This document shows positions 19,732 to 30,265 of a stretch of DNA of 64,000 bases, in pieces. The translations under genes were made by a program, and so were the position numbers. Source of the DNA: an uncultured delta proteobacterium (lineage in GTDB: Bacteria; Desulfobacterota; RBG-13-43-22); NCBI GenBank assembly GCA_963802945.1, contig CAWDKY010000017.1, forward strand, positions 128,001-192,000, in the 5' to 3' direction. The notes under the pieces are model-generated. The model did not search any database, was not told the origin of the DNA, and saw only the letters and a list, made by a program, of their open reading frames with translations. The stretch's first letter is position 1. Each line of letters begins with the position of its first letter.

Positions 19732-20087
19732 CTGATTTAAAATATCAACCCGTTTCCCATGATCATACATCTTTCCTCAAAAAAGCCCTTAAGCGGAAAG
19801 AATTCAGGAAAGTCTACGAGGAATTGGAAGAAGAGTATGCCCTTACCCGGGAAATGCTTTCCGCGCGCACCAGATTCGGCCTAACCCAGGAAGCCGTTGC
19901 GGAGTTGATGGGAACGACCAAAAGTGCGGTTTCACGTTTGGAGGCAGCCGACAAACATGCGCCATCCCTCACAACCCTCAAGAAATATGCTCAAGCCGTC
20001 GGCTGTCGCCTTGAAATCAAGCTAGTTCCTACCTCCCGCTTAACCAAAGGCAAATCGCGGACCGTAAAAAAACAGGCTGCCGGTTAG
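19728..20087 (+). CDS. XRE-family HTH antitoxin (HigA-like)
   Basis: LTQEAVAELMGTTKSAVSRLE; ATGA overlap with toxin. Confidence 0.88.
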   Translation: MTDLKYQPVSHDHTSFLKKALKRKEFRKVYEELEEEYALTREMLSARTRFGLTQEAVAELMGTTKSAVSRLEAADKHAPSLTTLKKYAQAVGCRLEIKLVPTSRLTKGKSRTVKKQAAG

Positions 20088-20378
20088 CTTTCGGAGACAT
20101 TGTAATACTGGATTCCGGCCTTCGCCGGAATGACGCCAGGCCCCCGGTGCCTGTTCCAGACTTGATCCGGGATTCGCAGGGGACCAGACAGTGTAAAGTA
20201 TGCGGTAATTACCAACCCTTATTCTGGTACCCTCACGGCCATGAAGGTTTTTCGAGTTATGAGGGAATGGATTCTCTTTTAAGGAGAGGATGGTCTTTAT
20301 AACTTTGTTATGAATCTTTGCAGGGAGATCGTCTAATTCTTTTTCAACCGATCTTTTTAGTCGGACAGTAAAAGGCAT
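20040..20378 (-). pseudogene. RelE-family toxin, C-terminus replaced by repeat-derived sequence
   Basis: RelE-like up to RIRVGNYRILYTV, then reads through the repeat at 20108-20185. Confidence 0.7.
20108..20185. repeat. Palindromic repeat fragments
   Basis: CTGGATTCCGGCCTTCGCCGGAATGAC plus a segment similar to the reverse complement of 25562-25601. Confidence 0.7.
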
Positions 20379-20587
20379 TATCTGCCCTTTTTCTTCCTGT
20401 CTGATAGATATTCATCCAGACCCCGGGAGGGTTCTTTACGACGTTGTTCGATAATAACCGTATCTATTAGATCTTCGATAAATTCCTTATCGTTCAGCAT
20501 CTTGCCCAAAACGGCCTCTCTCGCCTTTTTGGGCAAAGCCCGGAAGGCTGTCATAAAAACCTCGGATGTTGCTTCGATGGTACTCAT
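20378..20587 (-). CDS. Putative antitoxin upstream of RelE
   Basis: 69 aa, AGGAGAG SD, TAATG coupling to the toxin. Confidence 0.7.
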   Translation of the reverse strand: MSTIEATSEVFMTAFRALPKKAREAVLGKMLNDKEFIEDLIDTVIIEQRRKEPSRGLDEYLSDRKKKGR

Positions 20588-20743
20588 GCTAAGTCTCCTC
20601 CTAATCTAGATGGCTTAAATTATAACAAAAGAGGAAAAATTATCAATCCTGTTAATAGAATCACCTGGAGGCCGCGATTATTTAATCTCATATCCTTTTT
20701 GCAGAGCTGTGAAATATAAATAACTGGAACGTCCCTTTTATTT

Positions 20744-21967
20744 TTATTTCCTTATAAGGAGGCCTTCGGCCATGACGGCCTTGGGCAGCGCGGAAAGGTG
20801 AAACGGGCTCTTATTCCACACTGTTAAGCTGGCCAGTTTATTTTTTTCGATGGTGCCAAGAAGATTATCAATTCCCAATATCTTGGCATTGCAATAGGTG
20901 ATAATGGACAGGGCTTTTTCTTCGGACATGCCGGCAATCAGGAAGAATTTCAAACTCTCGCGCAACATGGGTGTCATTATCACCGGATGATCGGTCATAA
21001 GGCCATAAAAGGCCTTTGATTTCATGAGTAGGGCCGCGTTCTTATAATTTTCGTTCTTGAGCTCCACCTTGTAGGGCAGAGAGCCCAGCGGCCCGTACAC
21101 CACTGGGATATGGTTATCAGCCAGCGCATTAAAAATCTCCGTGTGGAAGACATCGGAAAGATGGTCGGCTGTGACGATAAGATCGTACTTCTTCGCCAGC
21201 TCAATAAGATAGAGAACGTCGTCTTCCTTGTGAACATGGACCTTGACCGTTCTTTTATTCACCAAAATATCCAGGATGGCCTTGTCTTCGGTATCGAGTT
21301 CCAATACCAGTTCCTTGTCAATCATGACCTTTTCCGCGTCAACATCTTTTCGCGCCAATTTCTTTTCCTTGGTGCGCGCCTCCAGTTCCTTAAGTTTCTT
21401 TTCCTTGGCCAGCTCAGCCTTTTTATGCTTGTCCAAGACCTGGGAAAACTTCTTTTCTATGAGGGAATAAATGCCCATGCGTGTATTGGGCCGCGCCCCT
21501 TTCCAATCTCTTGTGGAGCGCGGATTATACCCCAGCGCCATTTTATAGCCATAATCTTTAAAGAGCGCCTCCTGACGGTTCGGCGCGAAGTTCCTGATAA
21601 TCATGGCTTTTCCGCCGATCAAATTGCCGCTGCCCGGAACAATGCAGCTATAGAGCACGCCGAAATCCACGGCTTCCGTAAAAGCGCGATCATCGAAGTA
21701 GATGCTGTTCAGCGGATTATTGAGGGGCAGAAATTGGTCCGTATGATCATTGCTTTCTTCTTCGCTTCCGGGTTCGCCGAACCTCACCATGCCGATATGC
21801 GAATGCGCATCAATGAAGGCCGGGGTGACAACACCGGAAAAAGCGGCCCTTAGCTTTTTGTTCACCACATCAACGATTTTGTCGCCCTCCACGATGATGG
21901 AGAAGTTCTCTTTCCGTGTTTTACCGTCAAAGAGTGTTTCAGCGAAAATGATGGTCTGATTTTTCAA
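20744..21967 (-). CDS. Amidohydrolase family protein
   Basis: FIDAHSHIG, TDHP, AKILGI..LGTIE. Confidence 0.88.
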   Translation of the reverse strand: MKNQTIIFAETLFDGKTRKENFSIIVEGDKIVDVVNKKLRAAFSGVVTPAFIDAHSHIGMVRFGEPGSEEESNDHTDQFLPLNNPLNSIYFDDRAFTEAVDFGVLYSCIVPGSGNLIGGKAMIIRNFAPNRQEALFKDYGYKMALGYNPRSTRDWKGARPNTRMGIYSLIEKKFSQVLDKHKKAELAKEKKLKELEARTKEKKLARKDVDAEKVMIDKELVLELDTEDKAILDILVNKRTVKVHVHKEDDVLYLIELAKKYDLIVTADHLSDVFHTEIFNALADNHIPVVYGPLGSLPYKVELKNENYKNAALLMKSKAFYGLMTDHPVIMTPMLRESLKFFLIAGMSEEKALSIITYCNAKILGIDNLLGTIEKNKLASLTVWNKSPFHLSALPKAVMAEGLLIRK

Positions 21968-22094
21968 GGGAAGCCTCCATTCAGGATAGTCTAATATTTG
22001 AAGAACTTGCTTTTTAAGGGAAGACTATAAGGAAAGAAAAAACCACGGTCAAGGAGAAAAATAGGGCGGAAGGTAAGGGGACAGGAGGCGTCTT

Positions 22095-25000
22095 CTATTC
22101 TTTGATTTCGTGCTCTTTTTGCAAGGCCGTTAAATAAAGGAAGGTATGGATCAGGGTGGGATCGATGGAACGGGCATAGGCCAGCATTTCTTTGTAGGCC
22201 AGTAATTGTTCCCGGTACAAAGCGGACTGTTCCTGTAAGAAGGTTTCAATCGATATTCCTTCCGGCAGAGGGGTGGTTTTATAATCCACCAAAAGCCATT
22301 CTTTCCCGTCAAAAACGATCCGGTCGATAATCCCGCTTCGCACCGTGCCTTCATCAGGATGATCTTCCAAGGCCCATTCACAGGCGCAAAACGGGTGATC
22401 GGTCCGGAGGATATTAGCGCAGAAGGGCTCTTGTTGACAGGCACTCACTTCCTCCAATATCGAGACGGCCATTTCTCGGGCGGCATTAGAGGCAACCCCT
22501 TCAGCCATCAAGGCCTGGATTACTGCTTTTTGCGTTGGAGGATTCTTTCCCAGGGACAGATGTTCCAATATCCTATGGGTCACTGTGCCTCGCTCCATTC
22601 CAAAAGGGGTCTGGAATTCTTCCGGAAAGGAATCTTCTATTTCATCTGTTCCATTTATGAACGGGCCTTCTTGATGAAGCCCCGAAGGCGGGATGATCCG
22701 AAAGGGAATCGGTTCAGAGACAAAGGGCAAAGGCCGGATATCTTCTTCCATCTCAGGTTTAGCAAATCCTGGTTTTATTACAGGGGATGGTGGGTCATAT
22801 TCGACTTCCAGGAATTTTTCTTTATCCGGATGGTTCAAAAGATATTCCAACAATGAATTTTTCGAGGCCTTTTCCTCTTCATTTTTAACATGAAAAACCC
22901 CACTCAAAAAAAGGCATTTTTTGGCCCTGGTCAGGGCCACATAATAAAGCCGTTTGGCCTCTCCGAGAACTCGTTCCTTTTTCAGGCTTTTTAATAATCC
23001 ATAGACCCCTGGATCTTGTTTAGTCCGACGATCCGGCCGTAAGGCGATCAGGTGGTCTTCTCTTTCTCCGGGAAGCCGCTCGATAATATAAGGAAGATCT
23101 TCCCGGCCGCTTCCCCCCAAAGGATTCCTGTCCAGATGCGGCACGAAGACCGTGTCGAACTCCAGGCCTTTGGCATGGTGAACGGTCATGATCGAGACTT
23201 GAGAACGGGAGGCCAGGGGATCGGGCGGGGCATAGGCCGTAGTCAAACGAAATTCCAGGCGGGACAAGGTTTCTTCAGGCAGGCCTTTTTCAGCCAGAAA
23301 CAGAAGCTGTAAAAATTGGCGGCAGTTGCGGACGCCCGACAGGCCATAACGCTCGGCCACGGCCTTCGGACCGAAAAGGTCTTCCCAGACTTTCTGCACA
23401 ACCCGATGTAAGGGGAGACGGCCCACCAGTTTCAGATCATCCTCTAAAACCTGGCCAAGAAGTTTAACGGACTCCGGGGCCTGCGGTATTTGAGAGAAGG
23501 TCATGATCTTTTCGGCCAAGGATGAAGCCGGGATTTGGGAGATCTGATATAGATCATTCAGCCCCACCCAGCACCAGGCCGAACGGACCAAAGAGGCCCA
23601 GGCCAGATCGTCCTGAGGTCTGACCAGGGCTTTGGTGATGGAGAGCAGGTCCATGACCTCCGGCCGTTCTCCAAGATTGAGTCCTTCCTGCACCTGGACC
23701 TGTACCCCTTGCTCATAAAGGGCCTTGAGATAAAAGGGCAGATGGGTGCGGGCAAAAAGCAGAATCCCAACCGATCCGTAGGATGAGTCTTGATCGGCCT
23801 TTTTTATTTCCCCGGCCAGCCAGGCCGCTTCTTTTAAGCGGGAGAGGCTGGAATCTTCATCTTGGCTGAAGAGAGTCAACCCTATTTTACCCGGCTCCTG
23901 GGTCAACATCTCCGGAGCCGCCTGGGCTGCCATAAACTGGACTTCATCGGCTTCGAGGTTAGGGTGGGCCATAATGGTCTTGGAAAAGAGGTCATTGACA
24001 AAATCAATGAGGCCTTTCCTGGACCTGAAATTGGTGCTGATATGAACAGGTGTTAAGGGCAATATGCCCTGACCGGGAAGGGGAAGCCCTTCGCGGGCCT
24101 TCAGAAAAAGAGAGACTTCGGCCTTGCGGAATCCATAAATGGATTGTTTGGGATCGCCGACGATAAACAGGGTCCGGCCGTCTCCGGGGCTCCAGCCGGC
24201 ACAAAGGTATTGGATGAGCTGCCACTGGTTCAGGCTGGTGTCCTGAAATTCATCCACTAAAATGTGGTTGATCCTCTGATCGAGCAGGAGCTGCAAATCC
24301 GTTGGCGCCTCTTCGCCGCCCAGGACCTGCAGAGCGGCCTGTTCCAGTTCAACGAAGTCGATGACGCCCCGCCGGTGACACAACTGACGATAGTGATCGA
24401 CCACCTGACTGATCAGGAGGATCAGATCAAAAAGCATGGCTATGTCCACCGGAGACGTTGGCCGGGAAGGGAATGCTTTTATCTTTTGAAGCCATTCTAG
24501 GATCGGCTGAGAGAGGGATTCAATATGATCAGCCCAGGGTGTTTGTTTAAAGCCGGAATAAAAACCGTTACTGGGGCCGAATGATTTGCGGGCCGAACCG
24601 GCCTTGGTGGTGAACAACTCGGCAATGCCCTGCCAGACTGGCAGATCGTTCCAGTCGCTGCCGGGTAAAGAGACCGGTATTTGAGCGGAGGCCGCAGCCC
24701 CTTTCAGGATCAGATGATTACTGAAAGCATTCCACTGCCGGCCAAGTTCTTGAGATTCCATTTGGGCCTTTAATGCCTGCAGGTGCCGGCTGATCAAAAA
24801 TCCCAGACGTTCCCTTAAGACCTGATCCAACTTATCCGGATCGGGATTGGTCCGGACGATTTGAAACAGATCCATCAGCAGGTCTCTCTGGGCAATGAGT
24901 TGAGCCAGGTCGGAGGAAAGGGCCTTCCAATTATTGTTTGAAAAAAGAAGGGCCTTTTCCAAAGCCTTTCGAAGGGGGTCTGTGGAAGACAGGGACATCA

Positions 25001-25487
25001 GGACCTGTTGGCTGCGGCCGAGAGATTCGTAGATCAATTCATCCTGTTCTTCCTCGGCCAGGATGACTGTTTCCAGAGGGACTTGAGCTTCGACCGGGGC
25101 CTGTTTGATGATTTGACTGCAGAAGCTATGAAAGGTGGTGATCTGTAAACCGTCCGGGTCCAGGAAAAGATGTTGGTGAGTTCTGTGTTTCTTTAAAGCC
25201 TTTTTGGCCACAATGAGGAGTTCGTTCTCCCAGTCGGATTCGGATGTATCGTTATTTTCTGCCTGCTGGAGGATTTTCCGGACCCTTTCCAGCATCTCAT
25301 TGGCCGCCTTGTTGGTAAAGGTCAGGGCCAGGATTTCCCGGGGATAATTGACTTGGGCCAACAGGTGGATAAAACGGGCGGTCAGCAGAGAGGTCTTCCC
25401 GGCCCCGGCCGGAGACTCGACGTGAAAGCTCCCTTCAGGGGATAAGACTTGCTTGCGGATGGAAAAATCATTTAAAGGCTGAGTCAT
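22095..25487 (-). CDS. addA: UvrD-family helicase-nuclease (AddA/RecB-like)
   Basis: PAGAGKT, LTFTNKAA, VDEFQDT, VGDPKQSIYGFR, TVHHAKGLEF, YVALTRA, C-terminal GIIDR..VDYKT. Confidence 0.85.
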   Translation of the reverse strand: MTQPLNDFSIRKQVLSPEGSFHVESPAGAGKTSLLTARFIHLLAQVNYPREILALTFTNKAANEMLERVRKILQQAENNDTSESDWENELLIVAKKALKKHRTHQHLFLDPDGLQITTFHSFCSQIIKQAPVEAQVPLETVILAEEEQDELIYESLGRSQQVLMSLSSTDPLRKALEKALLFSNNNWKALSSDLAQLIAQRDLLMDLFQIVRTNPDPDKLDQVLRERLGFLISRHLQALKAQMESQELGRQWNAFSNHLILKGAAASAQIPVSLPGSDWNDLPVWQGIAELFTTKAGSARKSFGPSNGFYSGFKQTPWADHIESLSQPILEWLQKIKAFPSRPTSPVDIAMLFDLILLISQVVDHYRQLCHRRGVIDFVELEQAALQVLGGEEAPTDLQLLLDQRINHILVDEFQDTSLNQWQLIQYLCAGWSPGDGRTLFIVGDPKQSIYGFRKAEVSLFLKAREGLPLPGQGILPLTPVHISTNFRSRKGLIDFVNDLFSKTIMAHPNLEADEVQFMAAQAAPEMLTQEPGKIGLTLFSQDEDSSLSRLKEAAWLAGEIKKADQDSSYGSVGILLFARTHLPFYLKALYEQGVQVQVQEGLNLGERPEVMDLLSITKALVRPQDDLAWASLVRSAWCWVGLNDLYQISQIPASSLAEKIMTFSQIPQAPESVKLLGQVLEDDLKLVGRLPLHRVVQKVWEDLFGPKAVAERYGLSGVRNCRQFLQLLFLAEKGLPEETLSRLEFRLTTAYAPPDPLASRSQVSIMTVHHAKGLEFDTVFVPHLDRNPLGGSGREDLPYIIERLPGEREDHLIALRPDRRTKQDPGVYGLLKSLKKERVLGEAKRLYYVALTRAKKCLFLSGVFHVKNEEEKASKNSLLEYLLNHPDKEKFLEVEYDPPSPVIKPGFAKPEMEEDIRPLPFVSEPIPFRIIPPSGLHQEGPFINGTDEIEDSFPEEFQTPFGMERGTVTHRILEHLSLGKNPPTQKAVIQALMAEGVASNAAREMAVSILEEVSACQQEPFCANILRTDHPFCACEWALEDHPDEGTVRSGIIDRIVFDGKEWLLVDYKTTPLPEGISIETFLQEQSALYREQLLAYKEMLAYARSIDPTLIHTFLYLTALQKEHEIKE

Positions 25488-25510
25488 GTTTAAACCAAAT
25501 AGTAATTTCT

Positions 25511-25707
25511 AATGGCTTCGTAAAAAGTTGTCACCCCGGTGAAAACCGGGGTCCAGACATTGTCCTGGCGAATCCCGGATCACGTCCGGGACAGGCACCG
25601 GGAACCAGTTTCAACTCCCTGGATTCCGACTGGAGTCTATCCCGCACTTGATGCGGGGTCGGAATGACGAAAATGGGCTTTTCGACGACTTTCTACGGGC
25701 CCATCAA
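25511..25707. mobile_element. MITE-like compound repeat between addB and addA
   Basis: Ends ATGGCTTCGTAAAAAGT / ACTTTCTACGGGCCCAT; nested GTCACCCCGG, ATCCCGGATCACGTCCGGGA and CCCGCACTTGATGCGGG palindromes. Confidence 0.65.
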
Positions 25708-25709
25708 CT

Positions 25710-28396
25710 TTAACAAACTCCAGAATCTTTCTTCCAATAGGTGCATAAACTTTTATAGGGGCAATAGGTGCAGGCCCCCTCATTCGTGCCTTTGGGCACA
25801 GGCTTCGGGTCGGCCGGAAATTGACTGGCCTTTAATTTTTCCCCGATCAGGCTGATTTCTTTTTCCCAGGCCGGCAAACAAGCCTCCCAGGACGAGGTCT
25901 CTTTCAAAGGATCTGACACAGACAATTCCCCTTCTGATTTGAGACCGACATACCCGGCCCTGAACCCGGCCAGGTTTTCTTTCTGTAATTCAGGCAGGGT
26001 GATCAAGGCCAGAAGATATAAAGGCAACTGCGGGGCTAAAAAATTTTTGATGATGTCGTTGGTAGAAGGGAGACCGCCGGTCTTGTAGTCCCAACAACAG
26101 GCCTCGTTCAGGGCTTGGTTAAAATCAATACGATCGATGCGGCCTTGAACGGAAAACGACCAGGAGGGAAAGAAAAGATCTTTAAAAGAAACCTCTTCTC
26201 TTTCCCATCGCCAACCTTCTTCCCAACGTTGTCTTTCCTGCTCCAGCCAGGCGCCCAGTATCCCGCCCAAACCTTCCTCTTCGCCGATCAGCCTCTTTTT
26301 TTCTACCTGCCAGTGCGGGTTTTCGGTTTTTTCTTTGAAGACCTCATTGAGGCACTGATCAACAGCTTTTTTTATGACCTCTTGATCCTGGAGAGAGATT
26401 CCCTTTTGCCGCAGGGTCTTGGTTATCAAGGCCATGAGGTTATGTAAGATCTCTCCCCTTTGCAAAGGAGAAATGCCGATGGCTATTTCATCCAGAGGAA
26501 GGATTCGAAGCAACCGCTCGGCAAAAAACTTAAAGGGGCAGGCCAAAAACGTTTCCAAAGAGGTCACGGAAAGGTTGGAAATCGAATTGTCCAGAGCGGG
26601 TTCCGAATCGTCGGGGGGATGGTTTACAGGATAACTTTTTATGCCTTGAAAGGTTTGTTTAAGCCATTCGGCCCGGGGCCAGACATGCCCTGGGACCGTC
26701 CAATAATTTCTTTTCTCTTCTTCGGAGTGTGCCGGCCAAAATGGGGAAGGAGGCAAGGGATCTCCTTTTTCCTCTTGCGGCCGGGTCAGGGTCATTTTCG
26801 GAGAAAGGGTTTTAAGAAGAGAAAAAGCGATCCGGGCAAAATCGAATTGGCTTTTTAAAGTGGCCCCCTGAACCTGCCTTCGTTCTTCCGGGCCGAGAAA
26901 GGGAAAGGTGCGAACCGGCTGAGGCAGACTGCCTTTGGACATGCCGGCCAGGAAGAGTCGGTCAAAGGCCAGTCCCCTGGCTTCGATCAGGCCCAGGACC
27001 TGTATCCCGGATTGTTCATAACCGGGTTCGTTGACCAGGGTTTGACTGAGAAGGTGTTTCAACCAGGTAAAAAATTGAAAGCCGTCCAGAAGCTTGGTGT
27101 TTAAATCATTAGCCAAATTTTTCAGAATTTTTTTAAGGTCTTTATATAGGGTTGCCTCGCCGGCCAAGGTTATGACCGGGAAACCGAGGCCCTGCCAGCA
27201 TTGTTCCAGAGAAGCCACCCATTCGGCAGCCGTCTGTTGGCCCTGATTCAATCGGATGAGAGGTTCCAGGGAGATTCCCTGGAGATTGAGACCGGATAAG
27301 CTAAAAGAATATTCATGAACGAGACCTTTCAAAAGGGCATCCAATCCCGCATCAACAGAATGCTTCCGCCAGATCCGGTCGGCCTGGGCCACCTGGGACA
27401 GGAGGGAGCGATGGGCTTCCCAGGCCCGATAATAGGGGGACAGGAGCAAAGAAAGGAGCAGGATACGGGGCTCCCCTTCCAGGAAAAAGCGTAAGGGCAG
27501 GAGTCCGGCCTGGATCAAAGGCTGATCCAGAAGGGGTTGACCTAGGGAGATATTGTAATTTCCCGTCTGCTCAAAGATCATAGGGCCGATGAGTTCTTTG
27601 AAAGCCGAGGACAGATCCGGGGCATACTGGGAAAGATTGGGCACGACAATCCCGATCCGATGCAAGGGGTATGTTGAGCCTCCAATAAAACTTGCTCTAT
27701 GAGCCAGGCTACCTCTTCTTCTTGATCGGGCAGACTGACGGCAGTAAGGGCCGGTTCTTGATTTATTTTAGAAAGGCAGGAAACCGCCTTGAAATATTTT
27801 ATTAAAAACTTGAGCAAGTCCGTCTCGATGGGCGCCGGGAAGGCGAAGCCCAGGAGAAAAACCTTTTTCGGACGGGGTCGAACTTTGATGATTTTTTCGT
27901 CAAGGACTTTTATCGGGAGTATCGAAGGATGGATCAGCCCCTGTTCAAGAAGCAATTTTTCAAATCTTCTGAAGATCTCTTCCCGCCAGACCATGAGGGG
28001 AGTTTCATGGCCGTTTTTTATGGGAGGTACTTTATCTCGTATCTTGGCCCTATAGGTTTCATCTAAGGTTTGATAAAGCGGGATATCTGCCGTAAGCCCC
28101 TCAGGCAGATCGAGCATTTGAACCGATTTTTCCCAGAGCTCAATAATTTTTATGGGAGAGGCAGGGGTCTCCTCCGGCCAGGAACAACGCCAGGTTTCTT
28201 CAATCCAGGCGTTCAGGCTTAGGACCTTGGGGGTCAGCCAGCCGGACTGGCCTTTTTTTATCCGATCCAGCCGAAAGGCATGACGCAACTGCCGGGCCAG
28301 CCTTCCACCGGAGGTCAGGATCAAGGTTTGTTCATCGGCTTCGGCAACAACCTCAGCCTGTAAGGCTTCCGTAGTTGGGGCAACCCAATCGGTCAT
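25710..28396 (-). CDS. addB: AddB-like PD-(D/E)XK nuclease with Fe-S staple (frameshift near 27670)
   Basis: ACPFKFF, GRIDRID, WDYKTG, QLPLY, CTYCPYKSLC; N-terminus in ORF 27578..28396. Confidence 0.8.
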
Positions 28397-28456
28397 GAGG
28401 GATTCTTTTTATCTTATTTTTGGATTGATGGATATGGATGATAAAGGGGGGCACTT

Positions 28457-29092
28457 TTAATAAATTAGTGAATCCTTCACTTCTTTTTCAATTTTTTGTT
28501 CTTCCTTTTCGGTCTGTCCCCGCTCTATTTTAACAATCTTTTCCAAGGTATACGGGTTATAATAAAAAACGCCTCTTTCGCTTGAAAAAACATACAGCTG
28601 ATCCGATTTATATTCAAAATAAGGACTGCTTCGGGCCGTTCCGAAACTTCGGAGGACCCTTCCTTGGGGATATTTTTCTTTTAAGATTCTGATTACTGTT
28701 TCCGGGAAGAACTCCGGGTGATCTTTAAAAAAAATAGCTCTGCCGAAAAATTTTCCTTCAAAAGAGTATCCGAAAAGACGGCCATAAGTTGAGGGATCCG
28801 TTGAAACAAGCAGGGCTGTTACCTTTCCCCTTCTGAACTTTATGGACTTTTCCGGTGTATATTGGAGTTCAATTTCAGACCGGTCTTTGTCTTCTCTGAT
28901 CTGGCCGGTTTTATTTTTTTCCTTAAAGGCCTTATTTAATTCTTCCAGATTCAAGCCCCAAGGAGGAGGCGTCCAGTCAATATCCTGACTGAATGCCGTT
29001 CCAGCCAGGAGGATAAAAAAAACGATAACGGATAGAGGTAAAAATATTTTTCTCCTTTTCTTTCGACTTTTAATTATTTTTTGTTCCTTCAT
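28457..29092 (-). CDS. Hypothetical exported protein
   Basis: GGAGGT SD; basic/hydrophobic signal peptide. Confidence 0.7.
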   Translation of the reverse strand: MKEQKIIKSRKKRRKIFLPLSVIVFFILLAGTAFSQDIDWTPPPWGLNLEELNKAFKEKNKTGQIREDKDRSEIELQYTPEKSIKFRRGKVTALLVSTDPSTYGRLFGYSFEGKFFGRAIFFKDHPEFFPETVIRILKEKYPQGRVLRSFGTARSSPYFEYKSDQLYVFSSERGVFYYNPYTLEKIVKIERGQTEKEEQKIEKEVKDSLIY

Positions 29093-29137
29093 GCGTCACC
29101 TCCAAAATGGAGAGAAATAAAAGGTTATCTTGTTCGC

Positions 29138-29788
29138 TTAAAAAGCACTCTTTAAAGAAAGATATCCTCTCAGCAGATAATAACCCAGCTTTAGGTATTC
29201 GGTGACAAAGGCCCTAACACCATCGGTGATGAGCCACCAATTATTTGGCTGATAGGAAATATAATAGGGCCGAGGAATAATATGCATCCCCAATTTTGCT
29301 CCTTCTTGCCGATAAACTCCAATACTCCGACGGGTGTGAAATCCCTCGGAAAGTAAGATGGCACTCTGTACTTTTAATTTTTCCAGTTCGGCCAACACCA
29401 ATTTAGCCTCGTTCAAAGTAATCGGATGAATAACAGGGACAGATATCACCAGGAATTGATCTTTCGTAAGGCCCCGCGCCTCCAGTTCTTTTTTAACCAG
29501 TTGAGCATAATTTAAGGGAAGGGCAAAGGGTTCCTCTTTTCTGGGGGTCCGATGAATGACCACGATCAGGCGAGCGGCCTGCCTGTTGAATATTAGCTCT
29601 ATCCCTGTGGCTACACCTCCTTCTGAGACCACCTGAACCCCTTCCAAAATGACCACTTCAGCCTTTCCCTCTTCAGAGGGGGCCAAATAGCCCGCTGTTC
29701 CTCTTAAGATGGGTTGGTAACAAAAAAAGAAAATAATGAGCAAGGCAGCCAAAATCAGACCACTGCGGAATACCTTTTTGACTTTCAG
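29138..29788 (-). CDS. YdcF/DUF218-family protein (start uncertain: CTG 29788 or TTG 29752)
   Basis: TLNEA, SEGFHTRR, EYLKL. Confidence 0.75.
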   Translation of the reverse strand: MKVKKVFRSGLILAALLIIFFFCYQPILRGTAGYLAPSEEGKAEVVILEGVQVVSEGGVATGIELIFNRQAARLIVVIHRTPRKEEPFALPLNYAQLVKKELEARGLTKDQFLVISVPVIHPITLNEAKLVLAELEKLKVQSAILLSEGFHTRRSIGVYRQEGAKLGMHIIPRPYYISYQPNNWWLITDGVRAFVTEYLKLGYYLLRGYLSLKSAF

Positions 29789-30265
29789 CTACACACCTCC
29801 TAAATTTTCTATTTAGCCTTTTTAATACTAAGGGTATCAAACTATGGTTGACCAATAATAACAATACTTCATTCTTTTTAACCATGCAACATGGAAGTTA
29901 ATCTATCGGCTATGTTCTATTTTTTTATCTTAGGTGACCCCTTTGAGGCAACATTTACCCCTTTTCATTTAGAAAGAAAACCCATCAAATATTCCTTCAG
30001 GGTTGCTTTAATCCAGGAACAGCTTTTGATTAATCAGGTTCAATGAAAAAATTTGACGCCGGATAGGTGATCGATTATTATCATTTTATAATTAAGGATA
30101 GGTGATTTAAAGACGTTCCGGAATCTCGCCTTTGTACTAAGCCGTCCCTTTTAACATCACCAGCCATAAAAAGAGGAGGAATCGAAGGATATGACCAATG
30201 GGATTCGGGATTTTAAACAGGACCGGAAAAGAGGGGCCTTGGAATAATTCGGAAAGGAGAAATCA

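Noticed and set aside
22095-28396. Helicase/PD-(D/E)XK pair as a novel defence or Cas4 system
   Set aside because: Architecture and order fit housekeeping AddAB repair.
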